64,000 nt of DNA from Rhina ancylostomus (GCA_030265395.1 JARFYF010000055.1:22833445-22897444); one strand, 5' to 3'. Positions 9,724-22,959 are shown, counted from the stretch's first letter. Translations and numbers: made by a program. The notes: generated by a model not told the origin, from the sequence alone.

Positions 9724-12317
9724 TTGTTATTCTGCAGAAGTAAAAACCCTTGTTCTGTTGCTCCTGCCGTTTCCAAAACATAGAGCATAGAGGTTATACC
9801 AATCAGCATAGAACCATAAACAAAGAACACAGGAATAAGAGTAGGCCATTCGGCCCTTCAAGCCCATTCTACCATTTAATGTGATCTTAACTTATGATCC
9901 AAACTCCTGCTTTCTACCCAGCATACTACAGGACTGGCTCACAGAGCACCTACCCACTGAACCAGTGTTGTTCCAAGATAATGAAATTCTTTAAAACAAA
10001 CAACACCTATTTATTCAGTGAAATAGCTATAGTTTCGGCATTTTGATTTTAATTACTTTTTGCACAACACAGAAACTTTTGTAGCTCCAGTGGTATATTT
10101 TGGCAAAAAGACCAGCAATAAAGAGTCCCGGTTTGTTCACTATGGGGTCCATTCGCATTAGTAATTCCATAGTTCTTTCAAGTAGCTTCCACAGGTACAA
10201 GGCACAGATGATCTCCTTTTGAGTTCCATAATTACAAACATCCGTGGTAAAGTTACAGAATATTTTGCATGGATGGACACCTGGGAGTTTTTTTGCATTG
10301 ACTTTCCTGCAGTCAGCATCCCGAAACTCTGAAAGTCAGGTAAGAACTAGTTAAGAAAAAAATTCTCAAAACAAACTACTAATTAGGAACCAGCAGAATG
10401 AAATGTATTAATAAAATAAAAATGGTGGAAAAGTTCAATTCTGAACTAATTAAATATTATAGTGAAAGGCCAGCAGTTGCATATTGAAATTGGGCCTTAG
10501 GCTAACTGGAACATTTGCTTCCACATTTTGCTTTGATTTCCTCTCTGCCCCCTTGGTTCCTGCATGAAATCTATTGCATCACTCACAGCAGCTCAAATTC
10601 AGAATGTTTTAAAAAGCCACAAAACTCCAACTTTGAAATTGAATTGCCATCTAATAACATTGCTTTTAATAATTAATAGACATTTAATAAAATGGCTAGT
10701 CCAATATAATTACTACTGTTAATGTAGTCATTTCAGTAAATCTATAAATACAGAACTGTAACTACATTATAAATATTTGAAAACTTCTTGTAACATCTGT
10801 TATTAATTTGCAATAAACATTGGTTATGAAATATTAAAACTGTATTGTCATTATATTCTGTTCTACAATCTACAATTTATCTCTTCAACCAGAACCATGT
10901 ATCATTTCCATTTAGCTTGTAATTCTAAAATGAAGGAGGGAATCATTAAGTTACATGCAGATGAGCTTTGAGTGCATTAACCGTGTTGTTATATTTTTGC
11001 AAAATGACAGTGTTTGCTTGCTAAGCATCCAGCATATTGCACTCAAACTTATTATTCGCACGATGTGAAGTCTACCAGTGAAGTATTTTGTTCTCTTTGC
11101 TTTTTGTCCCTTTTTCAAAATTGCCTGTGAAAAGTAACGGCCTGTACTTCGCAGCTATGAATGGACAGCTGCAGCATCCTGAAAAAACTCGGCAACATGC
11201 TTGGCCCAACTACAATTGCATTTGACTGCCAGGTGCTGCCTGAACTACTCTTTACCACTAAACATGCCAGTCACTTGAACCTCATGCCATTTTGATATAG
11301 CAGCCTTGGAAGTTAAACTGTTCCAGACCTGAAAATAGCAAGTGAGGCGTGAAGGAAAGTTTGAAAATACCAGCAAGACACAGCAGGTCATTCAGTGTCT
11401 GCAACAGGAAGAAATATTAATCAACATTTTGCATTAGAACGATACATCCTTTTTCCCAATTCAAGTGAGAGGCTTGGACAAAGTCTCCTTGACTAATGCC
11501 ATAGTTTTTGTGCTTCAGCAGAATAAAGGATATGGATAGCTTTAATGTTCTCAAGTCAGAGTAAATGAGAGAGAATGAAAATTGTTGCCAGTCATTTACT
11601 GTTCCATTATGGTGGCACATCAGCTGCTGCCATTTTGACTGGCACCCTCAGATGTGTAGCTGACATGGCTGCCTGATTCAGATGGGAGGCAGCTTGTAAT
11701 ATCCAACCACATTATACGACCACATATTCTCTTTGAATGTATGCACTCTTCAAAATGATGATCAGCTGAGTTGATGCCCCCATTTTTTAACCCGCTCACC
11801 TTTCAAGCATAAGTTAGGTTAGAAATCATGAAATCTTTAAAATAGAGACATACTTGAGCGTTTACCTGCTGTAAACCTGGTTGATTGTAACAAGAACCTA
11901 ATACCTCAGGGAATTAAATTCCTTTTGTTGATTGTTTTAGTGAAAAATGTGGTGCAAGTGATATCATGTTGTATATGCAAGCAACATTTATCAGTGACAT
12001 TATCGACATGAGAAACGTCAGCCACAGGATTTAGATTATCACCTTAAAACCAGGGTGCTAGTCTTAACATGCCTAGTTTTTATTTTCTGCTTTCGATCCC
12101 TGCGCTGGCAATTTTGTCAATGGGAGAGACAATGGTTCTGTGTTCTTGAAGTCTGATGGGGCTCATGGTCCAGGATCTGCAATTATGCCGTTAATATTAC
12201 AGATTTATTGAGCAATAATTTGCAGCAGATTACAAATAATTTAATGTGTTATTTATTAATAATGGCAGCATTGTGACATGGTGCAGCATTTATAATATCT
12301 GGCTTAATTCTGATGCA

Positions 12318-12628
12318 GGAGGCTGAAGGATGACCTCAAAGAGGTTTATAAAATCATGAGGGACATAGATAAGGTGAATGGTCACAGTCTTTTTCCCAGG
12401 ATAGGGAAGTCTAAAACTAGAAGGCACCACAGGGCTCTGAGCTGCCAAAGAAGGTGGTAGAGGCAGATACGGTTACCACGTTTAAAGAACATTTGGACAG
12501 GTACATGGATAGGAGAGGTTTAGAGGGATATGGGCTAAATATAGCCAAATGGGATTAGTTTAGATGTGCATCTTGGTCAGCATAGATGAGTTGGGCCAAA
12601 GGGCCTGTTTCTGTGCTGTATAACTCCA
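12318..12628 (+). mobile_element. CR1 LINE 3' fragment with internal deletion
   Basis: RRLKDDLKEVYKIMRDIDKVNGHSLFPR motif and tail GTTGGGCCAAAGGGCCTGTTTCTGTGCTGTATAACTC. Confidence 0.85.
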
Positions 12629-13464
12629 ATGTAGAGGGAAAATTGGAGGCCAGGCAAGGTGAGAGACCACAGGGTCATGAAGGAAAGGCTTCCAGCCATC
12701 AGGCTGGAGGGAGTAGTACCCCTCCCACTGTAACCAATCACCCAGCAACCTCCATTGAGATCACAGAACTCTCGGCCCCAATCTATCAAAACTTACTTAA
12801 CCTTGAGGTGTGAAAAGGCTTCCAACCCCTGACCTCAGGTTGTCTCTCCCTGTGACTTCCCTCCAGGCCTCTGTTGGATTTCTAACCATCAACCCAGGCT
12901 CTGAATGGATTTCTGACCCCTGATCCCTGCCATTTCTCCCCTCCAACCTTGCTGGAGCAGACTACAGTCTGGGACCCTTGTTTTGTTCCTCCATTTTCTC
13001 TAATAGGGCAGTGGGTGAAGGAAAATGTTTAGGTGCCTTCAATGGTGCCTGATGCTTTGTGCCTTGGGTGTTGCAACAGGGTGAAAATCAGCATGGTTGT
13101 TGATGCACTCTGCAATGGTTCTTTACTTCCTGACAAACTGAAATTATAGAACATAATTTTTTGTTAGGGATCCAGTGTGTTGACATGGCAATTCCAGTGT
13201 GACACTGTAATTGGTCAATAGCAGATATGAAAATAATTCAGAATGCACTGTCTCCTATTTCTCAGGAGGAACATTTCTCCTTGGCTGAAGGTATATCCGT
13301 ATACTTTCCGTATACTTTCCAAGCACAACTGTGACTGAATTTGTGTGTCTTTCAAATGTTCCTGATTTACACATTTCCTTTGTCAAAATATATGATAGAT
13401 GGGAAAGCAATTTGCTTTTATATTCCATTTCTCACTTCCTTAGCAAAGGAGGGATATTTCATCA

Positions 13465-13785
13465 GCAAACACAACAGCCAGTGTTGTGCATAGCAAGCAC
13501 CCATAAATAGCAAAATAGACAATGAAAAGTTAATCTGTTTTTCACTGCCATTGGCTGAAGGAAAAATGCAGACTAGAACTGAGAAACCACCCCCAGTTTT
13601 CTTTGAATAGCACTGTGGGAACTTCTAACTCCACCACATCAGATGATAAGGCCTTGGTCTACCCACTTAACCAAGAGAATACAGATGCAACTTTCTCTCA
13701 ATACTGTACTGAAACCTCGTGAAGGGGCTTGAACCTATTGCCTTCTGACTCTGAAGCAAGTGTGTGACTGTTGAGCTAAAGGAAG
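13465..13785 (-). mobile_element. Deu-domain SINE (SacSINE1/AmnSINE1-like), old copy
   Basis: GCATAGCAAGCACCCATAAATAGCAA..AATCTGTTTT..TTGAATAGCACTGTGGGAACTTCTAACTCCAC..GGGGCTTGAACCTATTGCCTTCTGACTCTGAAGCAAG resembles the recalled SacSINE1 consensus in reverse orientation. Confidence 0.65.
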
Positions 13786-14749
13786 TGATTAGAAGGATTT
13801 TAAGTGTTAATATCAACAAGGGAGCAAGAAAATCAAGAGAATGATGGAGAGAAGTGTGTTTTTAAACAAACAAGCTGAAACAGCATAGGACCATTTCAGA
13901 ATTTGTGTCTTTTCCAAATTAATAAAGGAAGAGGTAAACAAAGGTTACCATTTTATTTTGATTTATATATTTGTGACTATTTTCTTTGTGGGATTCAAAA
14001 TGTTATCACTGCCACTGTATAATAAAAGTCTTTTTACTATAGGATGATTACCACCATTCTTATTAATTGAATATTATATTTTGTGCACCATTTCATGAGG
14101 TGTTGATTTTAATTATTAATAAAGGTTAATTTGTTTTAATATGAGATCTTTATGCAGTTGAATTTAAGTAAGAATGGTTTATTGGTAACTGATATTACGT
14201 TAATTATGATGCCATTTTAAGAAAACACCTGACTCCTGCCACAATTTAAATTTTGGCAGGTTTATCACTAATAACTTGGAAGAACTGTTTATCCTAATGT
14301 CAGACAGGAAAGGGATTTGACAACAGACGCATCAAAAGTCATTTGATTATGCAAATTTCCTTGAAATGTTTTAATTTGATAGGAGCCATGTAAAAATATT
14401 ATTCATTTCTACAATCATTATTAAATAAATAAAAATCCACAGAAAATCTTTCATCCATTGCTAAGCCTCAAAACATAACCTTGGATCTTTCTTAAAGGAA
14501 GACAATCCAAGCAATTAAAGTAGATCCTCGCCCTAAATTTAAATGGTCTGATTCTTTATTGAGTTGATCTTGAGTAGGTTGAAATGTCTGCCACAGTATT
14601 GCTGGATTAGAGTGAAAGGAAAATATTTGCCAGCATTCCTGCTTTAATTGCTATTGTGTGGCTAGGAAGGGGATGTCTATGATTGTTGGTTAAGGTTAAT
14701 TTATGCATTTATTGTAAGCAAGTGTGATGTAACACTGAAAAAAAGCAAG

Positions 14750-15200
14750 AAAAGGGAGAGTATGTTTAATGGAGAAATTTTGAAAGGTACGGACAAGGAG
14801 TCAAATATAAAAAGCTCTGAATTTACGAGTGCAAGTGGATAAAATAACCTTAAAACAATTCCCACGGCCTTCCTTGTTTCATAAATAGAGGTGTTGAGTA
14901 CAAAAGCAAGAAGATAATGATGTTTTGTTTTCAAAGGAATGTTAGGTCATAGTTAGTGTGTACAGATAATGACATCCAAAAGAAGTGATCAAATTAAGGG
15001 CATAGATTAGCCAAGATGACAGGATGGGAAAATACATTTATGAAAAGTTTGACACAGAGGTAGTTTCACTGGAAGCAGTAAGAAGATATTTAACAATTTC
15101 TTTTAAATTACAGTTTTAGTTGGCTGAACAAGCAGAGAAGTGTACCTCTATTTAGTGAATCAATGATGAAAAGCTATCAAATTAACATTACTAGTGCACT
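14750..15200 (+). mobile_element. Highly decayed CR1 ORF2 fragment
   Basis: AATGGAGAAATTTTGAAAGGT, AAATAGAGGTGTTGAGTACAAAAGCAAGAAG (NRGVEYKSKK) and TTTTCACTGGA-like CR1 hallmarks. Confidence 0.55.
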
Positions 15201-16351
15201 TTACAAAGGCTTGTTCTGACCTTTATTCATTTCTGTATTTGTATTGTGAATAGTAGAATCATGAGGTGTGCCCACTTCTCAGCAATGTAACAGTTTTACA
15301 GATATCCAGTCTGCAATAAGAGCAAGTTTCAGCTAGTGAATAATTTTAAGTCTGCATTAAGACACAAAATTGTGTGGCTTAACGCTTTCAAATTAATAAC
15401 AAGGATGGCAAATTTTCTTCAGATTCATTGCCTCTATCTTGGCAAATTTTAGATGATCTCATAGCACCAAAACTGCTTTTTGCAATATTTTCCTGAAGCC
15501 ACACACAGATTTTGTTTGTCAATGGTCTCCACATGTTCCAACAAAAGAATACATTCCAGCAAGCCACAGCAGCTAGTGCACAGGCAAGGTTTAACCATGT
15601 CACTGCTGATGAGGACAGCAGGACTACCCAGATTTGTAATGAGGAGACTTGAAACTTATGACTGAGCTCAAGAACTATCTAGCTTATACGGTAAATGGAT
15701 AGGCATGTCTTTTAAAGCAAACAATATTGTGGAGGTTGGTGGAAATTCTGTGAGAACCTAAAACGACATAATGCACAAGTATAAAACAGTACAGTTGGAA
15801 GAGATTGGACCAGAAGCAAATGGCAAGCTGAGAAATCTTCTCATCTCACAGAAGGTGTCTTGCTTAAAAAGGTATTGAACAGAAATAGGAAGATTACTTT
15901 GATCTTTGTTCACTATAAAACCATGCATGAGCTGAAAATGACATGTTGCATTAAATCTGGTGTAGGCTTATTTAAAAGTTACAAGATGGATGATAGGCAA
16001 GATAAACCCATTCCTTTTACTCCTTGAATATTCAAAAAGAGCAAGAATGATTAGAACAATGCACAAACAGAGCTGAAGCTCGTGGAATATTTTTTACCAG
16101 GAAGATCCTTAAACCAGCAACAGATCAGAAGCCACTACCCATATTAGCTTCCAAATTAGAGATAGCTGCTATGGCACCACCAAGAATGCAGAGATGGACA
16201 ATCAATCAGTACCATACTATTGAGTAGAGAGAAGTTCCAAGCAGAACGCCATGTCAGATGCTTTGTCACAGCTACAACATGTGAACTCTAATGTTGAAAA
16301 CAAAAATTTGATTTATACATTTAATGTGATTGGTGAGGACTTTCCAGTTAT

Positions 16352-16468
16352 CATGTGTACACTATTTATTTATTTTCTACTTTATGGTAATTTTATGTCT
16401 TGCACCATACTACTGCTACAAAACAACAAATTTCACAACATTATCAGTGATAATAAACCTGATTCTGA
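16352..16468 (+). mobile_element. Rex1/Babar 3' tail (second subfamily) nested in Gypsy
   Basis: Ends AATAAACCTGATTCTGA; reverse complement of 33240-33360. Confidence 0.7.
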
Positions 16469-16729
16469 ATTGCAGGCAAGACCCAGAATGATTCACTGCT
16501 TAACATACATTGAAAGGATAGAAGAAATGTGATCCTTGCACAGACAAGGGAGTAAATCTGTTCACATTTGTCATAGTGAGGTGAGTAGAGTGCATGGAAT
16601 GGTAATATCTACTATGAGAGAAAGAACTTTGGTTGAACGTCACACTGAGTACACAAGAATAGTCAGTTTGAATGCAATTACTAGATGTTTTGTTTACTTT
16701 TGCTACTTGACAGTGACATTGAATCAATT

Positions 16730-16858
16730 CAGTTGAAGGATCTCAGCCTGAAACATCAACTGTCCACTTCCCTCCACAAATGCTGCCTGACCTGCTGACT
16801 TCCTCCAGCATTTTGTTTTTTGCTCTAGATTCCAGCATCTGTAGTCTCTTCTGTCTTT
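16730..16858 (+). mobile_element. Penelope-derived terminal-repeat fragment nested in Gypsy
   Basis: TGAAGGATCTCAGCCTGAAACATCAACTG..ATGCTGCCTGACCTGCTGACTTCCTCCAGCA..GATTCCAGCATCTGTAGTC. Confidence 0.8.
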
Positions 16859-17192
16859 ACCTTGAATCATCATTGAGTAAGTACAATATTTTCCAAAATT
16901 CTCAGAACAAACCAGCAAAAACTATTTTACAATCATGATCATGGCCTATCAGACCTTTCCAGAGAATACATGGAGGCTTTTGTGATAAAAGAAATTATGT
17001 TGTACAAGTACAATAATCATGTGCATATAGACCCTTATTGTTCATATCGTGACTGAGTTGAGGTCTTTATCTGCATATAATTGTTGACAATGGCCTTCGG
17101 TTTGTATCCTTCTCAAATGTTATGAGATGGAAAGGCATCAAGCAAATGTACATTCTGTCATATCACCCAGCTTCCAATGGAACAGCTCAGTG

Positions 17193-17680
17193 ATAGAGCC
17201 ATGGAGTGAGACAGTTATACAGCATAGAAACAGACCCCTCAGCCCAACTCATCTATGTTAACCAAGTTGCCTGCTTGAGCTAGTCCCATTTTTCCCCACA
17301 TTTGGCCTATATCCCTCTAAACTTTTCCTATGCATGTACCTATTTAAATGTCTTTAAAGCATTGAAATTGCACCTGCCTCTACCACTTCCTCTGGCAGCT
17401 CATTCCATATAACCACCACCCTCTGTGTGAAACTATTGCCCCTCAGATGCCTTTAAAACCCTTCCCCCCTCACTTTAAAACTATGATCTCTAGTCTCAGA
17501 CTTTCCTACCTGGGAAAAAGACTGACCGTTCACCTTATCAATGTCCCTCATGATTATAAACCTCTATAAGGTCACCCCTCAGCTTCCTACACTACCCGGA
17601 AAAAAGTCCCTGCCTATCTCATCTTTTCTTATAGCTAAGCCATCGAGTCCTGGTAACATCCTCATGAAACTTTTCTGTAC
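17193..17680 (-). mobile_element. CR1 LINE 3' fragment nested in Gypsy integrase
   Basis: Reverse complement of the CR1 3' ends at 12318-12628 and 59397-59870. Confidence 0.85.
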
Positions 17681-19029
17681 ATGTCAGGACAGGTAATAAA
17701 GTACCTAGGAAGTGTTCAAGGAACATGCGTTGCAGGCATATTCAAAACTCAGCATGACATACCACCTCCTGAAGAAAAGAACAATTCCTTCCGTCACAAT
17801 GTTGATCCGGAGCAACTCACAGAACCNNNNNNNNNNNNNNNNNNNNNNNNNNNNNNNNNNNNNNNNNNNNNNNNNNNNNNNNNNNNNNNNNNNNNNNNNN
17901 NNNNNNNNNNNNNNNNNNNNNNNNNNTGGAATCCATGTGCTGGACAACAAGGCATTAATGGAGCCAAATTGAGGGCCAGAACTCAGAACCATGACACCTT
18001 CCTCTATTACAGGGTATGTACGCACTCTGAACTATTAATGAAGAAAAGACTGAGAGCACACTTGAGCCAAATTTTGCTTCTAGAGCTGAACAGGAGCATC
18101 TGAGTGAAAAATGTCACTGATCAGAAGGAACATAGTTTCAGGTAAAACAAGCACATCGTGGTCAAGCAGCTCCTTAGAGCAGGGAGCTGGGAATCGTGCG
18201 AACATTAGCCAAGCTAATCTTGAGAGGGTTCCAAATCCACAAGACTAACTGGGTCAGACATTCAGTCTGAGCTCACAGGTTAGTGATACTATGGCAAGAA
18301 TATGCATTAATAACCATAATGCGGTCTCTCAATAAGTGATTAAATATTTCAACACCAAAACCAATAGGAAATTAGGAAGACTCTGAAAGCTATTTACCAG
18401 ACTACATTTATAACTTCCATTGAATTTGTATAGTTTATTAATGTTACTGGTATCTCGCAGCTATTAAAAAACCTGAGTGTAATTTATACTTAAGAATGAT
18501 TTTCTTCCTACGTTGAAGTGTTGGTTTCAATTGTGATCCTATTGAGTCATTTAGTGTGCCTGTTTTTCAATGATGTAACCATTCTAGAGAAACCTAGTCT
18601 GTAATCAGAGTTTAACATGTGCTGTTTTGCAAATAAGCATCAGTTCTTTGGATTTACCTTTATGCCATGTTTCAATGCATTCATGAAGACATTACAATGT
18701 TGTTTATAGAAAGGGGAAGAGAGGTTGAGAGATGCTTCTTTACACAAAGTGTAGGACAACAAAATACTTTACAATTGGAAATGGTTAAGATGGACTTAAT
18801 TGTACCTTTAAAGATGAAACTGATTAAATTTTAAGGCAGAGGAAGACTCAGATCAATAGAGAGAGAAAGAGAGAGAGAAAATGTGTGGCTTTGAATTTGG
18901 ATTGGTGTAGTAACAAGCAAAGCACTTTTCCAATAAGCCAAATGGCCTTCTCTTGAATTGTAAAAATTATTGGTTTGTTGGTCCATGTTGCTAGACCCAT
19001 TTCCACAGACCCATTCATACACTGCATCA

Positions 19030-19225
19030 TGCAATCTGCTGGAAGAACTCAGCAGGTCGAATAGCATCTGTGGGGGAAAAGGAACTTGTCAATGTTTCAG
19101 GCTGAAACCCTGCATCAGGACCTGATAAGTCCTCATTTTTTCCGGACAGATGCTGCTCGACCCATTAAGTTCTTCCAACAGATTGTTTGTTGCTCCAGAT
19201 TCCAGCATTTGTAGCATCTTATAAC
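19030..19225. mobile_element. Inverted pair of Penelope-derived terminal repeats
   Basis: AATCTGCTGGAAGAACTCAGCAGGTCGAATAGCATCTGT versus ACAGATGCTGCTCGACCCATTAAGTTCTTCCAACAGATT form imperfect inverted arms; hammerhead-like motif on minus strand at 19088-19121. Confidence 0.8.
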
Positions 19226-21599
19226 TCCATACTTTGTTCACATTTACTCACCCTTGTGATTCAGTCCTTATGTTACCCTGGACAGATGCATTTAGAGAGA
19301 GGGTAACTGACTTCACCACATGTAAAGTGTTGCAAAGGCTGAATTAAGACAGTCTGCCAAACTATTTTCTTCTGTTTCTTCTTGGAATTTGTGCATCTAA
19401 AAAAAAGAACAATATTTAGAAGTGGATCACGAAGGAACAGAATTAATGACGTCTTTCTGTGTAACTGGAATGAATGTTCCATTCCTGCTGAATTTATTTG
19501 CTGAATGGCAATGGGTGAGGCTGCCCAAGATGTCTTCACAAACTGGCAACATCAGACACCTCAGAATCCACAAAACATCCTTGATTCCAAGAATCTACCT
19601 TAGAAGAAGGATGGGTGACACAATAGCAATTAGAATGAAGAGACCGAATGCTGTGAAAGAGATATGTCTGGAACCTGTCCTTCCACTACCCAAGTCCAAA
19701 CTATCTATTGACTGCATCTCAAGGCAGTTGGTTGCTTCCTCCTCATAGGCAATGATTGGTAGGAGGTGGGGGAATAGGGGTCCACAGTTTGTCACTGTTC
19801 TCACACTTAGACTTTGGGCTACACACTTGTTTAAGGACAATAAGATCACTATTTCACAATGAATATCCTCTGATTGCCATGAAATCCAATCCGATATGGA
19901 TGCTGGCAGGCAAGTCAAACAGGACACAAGAACTAAAATATCTGGATTTTCCTGATGGGTGTAGGCTTTGATGGTCCTATGGTACTTAATGATAATATTG
20001 TCTTGCTGTACAGTGCAGTGAGAAGGTGGTGATTGTTGCTGCAAAAAAATGCTTAGTTTAGTGCACTCTTTATGTGTGGTACTTTATTTGAACGCCCTTA
20101 AATCTTTCAGCAGTTGACCAGTTCGTGTTTGTTTTTCATTTTCACCCAATCCCTTGGACACCATCTTCATGTTGTGGTTCATACTCATGGAATCATGCAT
20201 GTAGTACAAGAGGGTGCCATTTAGCCTACCATACCTGTCCATGCTCTGCTGGCATTCTAGTTCCATTGGGCTGCACACATTCACCAGGGTCTTTCAATCT
20301 CCTCCGGCTGGGGACAAGGGCAGGAGAAATGGAATTCTGCCTAGGGAAACAGGAATATGGCTGTTCTGAAGCCATTGGCACACTTGGTACACCAGTGGTT
20401 GTTGTTAGTTGGTTAGGGCGGCTTCACTCCGTGACGACAGATTCTTTGAGACTGAAACTATGTTCTTGAAGTGGAAACTGTTCCCATTTTCAAACATGAA
20501 TAAATTCAGAATTTTATTGATCATGACCAGGACAATGAAAAGACTCTTCCAGTTTGTTATCTGTATTGAAATCACTGAAGAATTTATAACTTGATACACA
20601 AATAAAGAAAATCTTTGCTTTTTCCTCTTCCCTTCAGCATGTACATTTGGTATCTTAAATAATGCTGTGATGCTGGATAGTGCTCAACTCAGGACATAAA
20701 TGTTTACATTTTCTATGACCAAGAATACAAAAAAATCTTTTTATTTACACTGGCACAGGGCCAGACTGCTGCTAAGGCCTCAGGCTAAAGCAGGTTTTTG
20801 CAGTTCTGAATGATGTGTTTCAATGTTCAACTGGCAGGTTCTTTCGCTGCACTAAGCCTGAAAAAATAATTTTAACTGAACAAAAAAGATATTCGAAATT
20901 AAGCAGGATATTTATTTGGTAAATTAATTCACTTAATATTAAAAGGCATATTCTTCAACCAAATGCATGCTGATTAAATTGAGTTATCTGCAAATAATCC
21001 ATCCATTCCACCTACATGAAACTGTCCTGCCTTCCCAACAGCAGTCTGACTGAGATCATGAATCAGCACAAGGACATAAATGTGACTTCCTCCTGTTGCT
21101 GTGGTACAGTTTATTTGATTTCCCAATGCATTCTGGCATTCCAACCACCCACGAGTTCCTAAACAACTGGGTTTGGAGGATAATATTGCAACACAAGTAG
21201 GGCAAAGGTACAGCAGTAAAGATTCTCTCTTTTTGTGAGCCTTTGTGTCAATGCACTAATTTTTCATTCAACAAGCACATTTTCAATCAAATCAGAATTC
21301 CACTTCCATTTACTACAATTGATTTGACCCTAATTGTGGGATTTATGGACCAGTTAAAGCAAATGAACTGGCATCCAGGCAACATAGTATAAATCATAAT
21401 TAACCAGTTTTACTCTGCTTATCCATGTCATTAATTCCAATGCTCAGTTTAAGGGCTTTAGCTTTCCGATATATTAGTTTGAAAGAACCATTGGAATTTT
21501 ACTGTCTTTGGTCTTACAAGTTTTGAAAAGCAGAAATGAAAATCTCCAAATGCTGACAAAAGGTAATCAAACTGGAACATTACTTCTGTCTGAAAAGCA

Positions 21600-22075
21600 T
21601 AAAACTGCAGTTTCTGGGAATCTGAAACAACAGCACTAAATGTTGTGGACATTCTGCAAGTCAGGTGGCATCTGAGGAGAGAGAACCGAACTGCTGTTTT
21701 AGGTCAATGACGCTTCATCAGAGCTGTAAAACGGAGAAAACAAACATGTTTTAAGTAACAGAGAAGGGGAAAGGTAGAGAGGGGCAAGGAAATAGCTGTG
21801 ATTGGGTGGAGACCAAGCTTGTTCAGGTGAGACGAATGTTTTCAGAGGCAGCGAAAAGTGGTCTCTGACTGCAGGGATGAGGGCAGATGTAGGAAAGCGA
21901 AAACAACATTGCTGGGACTGTCGCTGAACACAGCAGTTACTGGAAATCTAAGAAAAGAAGAATGCTGGACCATCAACCTGGATCATTAACTCTGTATATT
22001 TCTCTACAGATGCTGCTTGACCTGCTGAGTACTTCCAGCATTCTTTAATATTGTTTCAGATTTCAGGCATCTGCT
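21600..22075. mobile_element. Old inverted pair of Penelope-derived repeats
   Basis: Minus-strand arm 21600-21725 (with CTGATGA) and plus-strand arm 21970-22075 (CAGATGCTGCTTGACCTGCTGAGTACTTCCAGCA). Confidence 0.7.
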
Positions 22076-22219
22076 CCATTTCACACCTCATATTTCCAAA
22101 GTTGCTCTTTTACTTTATCGATCCTTCTGGTTATATTTCCTGCAGACACTTCAGCCATGATAATCAACCTTCATCACTCTTTCTCTGTTGGCACCACAAC
22201 CACTTCTGTCTTACGAAGA

Positions 22220-22665
22220 TACATAAGGAGCAGAAACAGGCCCTGCATGCCTGCTCTACCATTAAGTAAGATATTCATTGATCTGATTGTACCGTCAACT
22301 CTGCGTTCCTGTCTACTTGCAGTAACCGTTAACCACACTACTCATTAAAAGCATATCTACCTCTCCACCAAAAATATTCAAAGATTTTCCTTCCACTGCC
22401 CTTTGAGGAAGAGAGTTCCAAATGCTCATGATACTCTGAGAGAAAGATTTCATCTCATCTCTGTCTGAAATGGACAACCCCCTATATAAAAAAAGTAACC
22501 ACAAGTTCTCGACTGTCCCACAAGGGTAAATGTCCACTCCACATCCACCATGTCAAGATTACCTCAGTATCCTTCAATTGAGTCACCTTTCACTTTTCTA
22601 AATTCTAATGGATGGAAGACTAACCTGTCCAACCTTTCCTGATGAGGCAATCTTCCCATCCCACA
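22220..22665 (-). mobile_element. CR1 LINE 3' fragment
   Basis: DEMKSFSQSIMSIWNSLPQRAVEGKSLNIF matches the CR1 C-terminal FFSQRVVNLWNSLP motif. Confidence 0.85.
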
Positions 22666-22959
22666 GTAGCTGGTCTCCACCCTATCACAAACATTCCCTT
22701 TGTTCTCATTAATAGTAATGCTGAAATAAATAATATACTTACAGCAATAAAATGAGGGATACTGAGAGACACTTTGCTACACATTCAAAAAAAACATGCA
22801 CTTACATAAAAGAGCTACACAGCCAATGAACTACCTCCTATTATGTAGGGGTATCACAGCAGCTAACTTGCTGGAAAAATGAACATTGACAATACAATTT
22901 TAATTGTTAAAAAAAGAAGGGATTGGTATCTTGCTTGCCTTGCTGTTCACAGCATAAAA

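Larger units (their letters stand above)
15590..18200 (+). mobile_element. Decayed Gypsy/Ty3 LTR retrotransposon internal region (gag, RNase H end, integrase); no LTRs seen
   Basis: gag-like RLETYD..E...Y....MSFKANNI (~15640-15730); RNase H end YTIE*R...NAMSDALSQL (~16213-16275); H2C2-type RERTLVERHTEYTRIVSLNAITR (~16615-16690); integrase WPIRPFQRIH, IVDNG.RFVS, YHPASNG (~16940-17185); C-terminal SELLMKKRLR (~18025-18055). Confidence 0.75.

Noticed and set aside
13299-13320. 11-bp tandem duplication GTATACTTTCC; similar small duplications at ~12863-12925, 40985-41047 and 59497-59534
   Set aside because: Ordinary slippage products with no sign of function.
20234-20341. Minus-strand exon-like segment with good AG/GT signals
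   Set aside because: The donor lies within a decayed CR1 3' tail (~20185-20250) and the peptide is uninformative.
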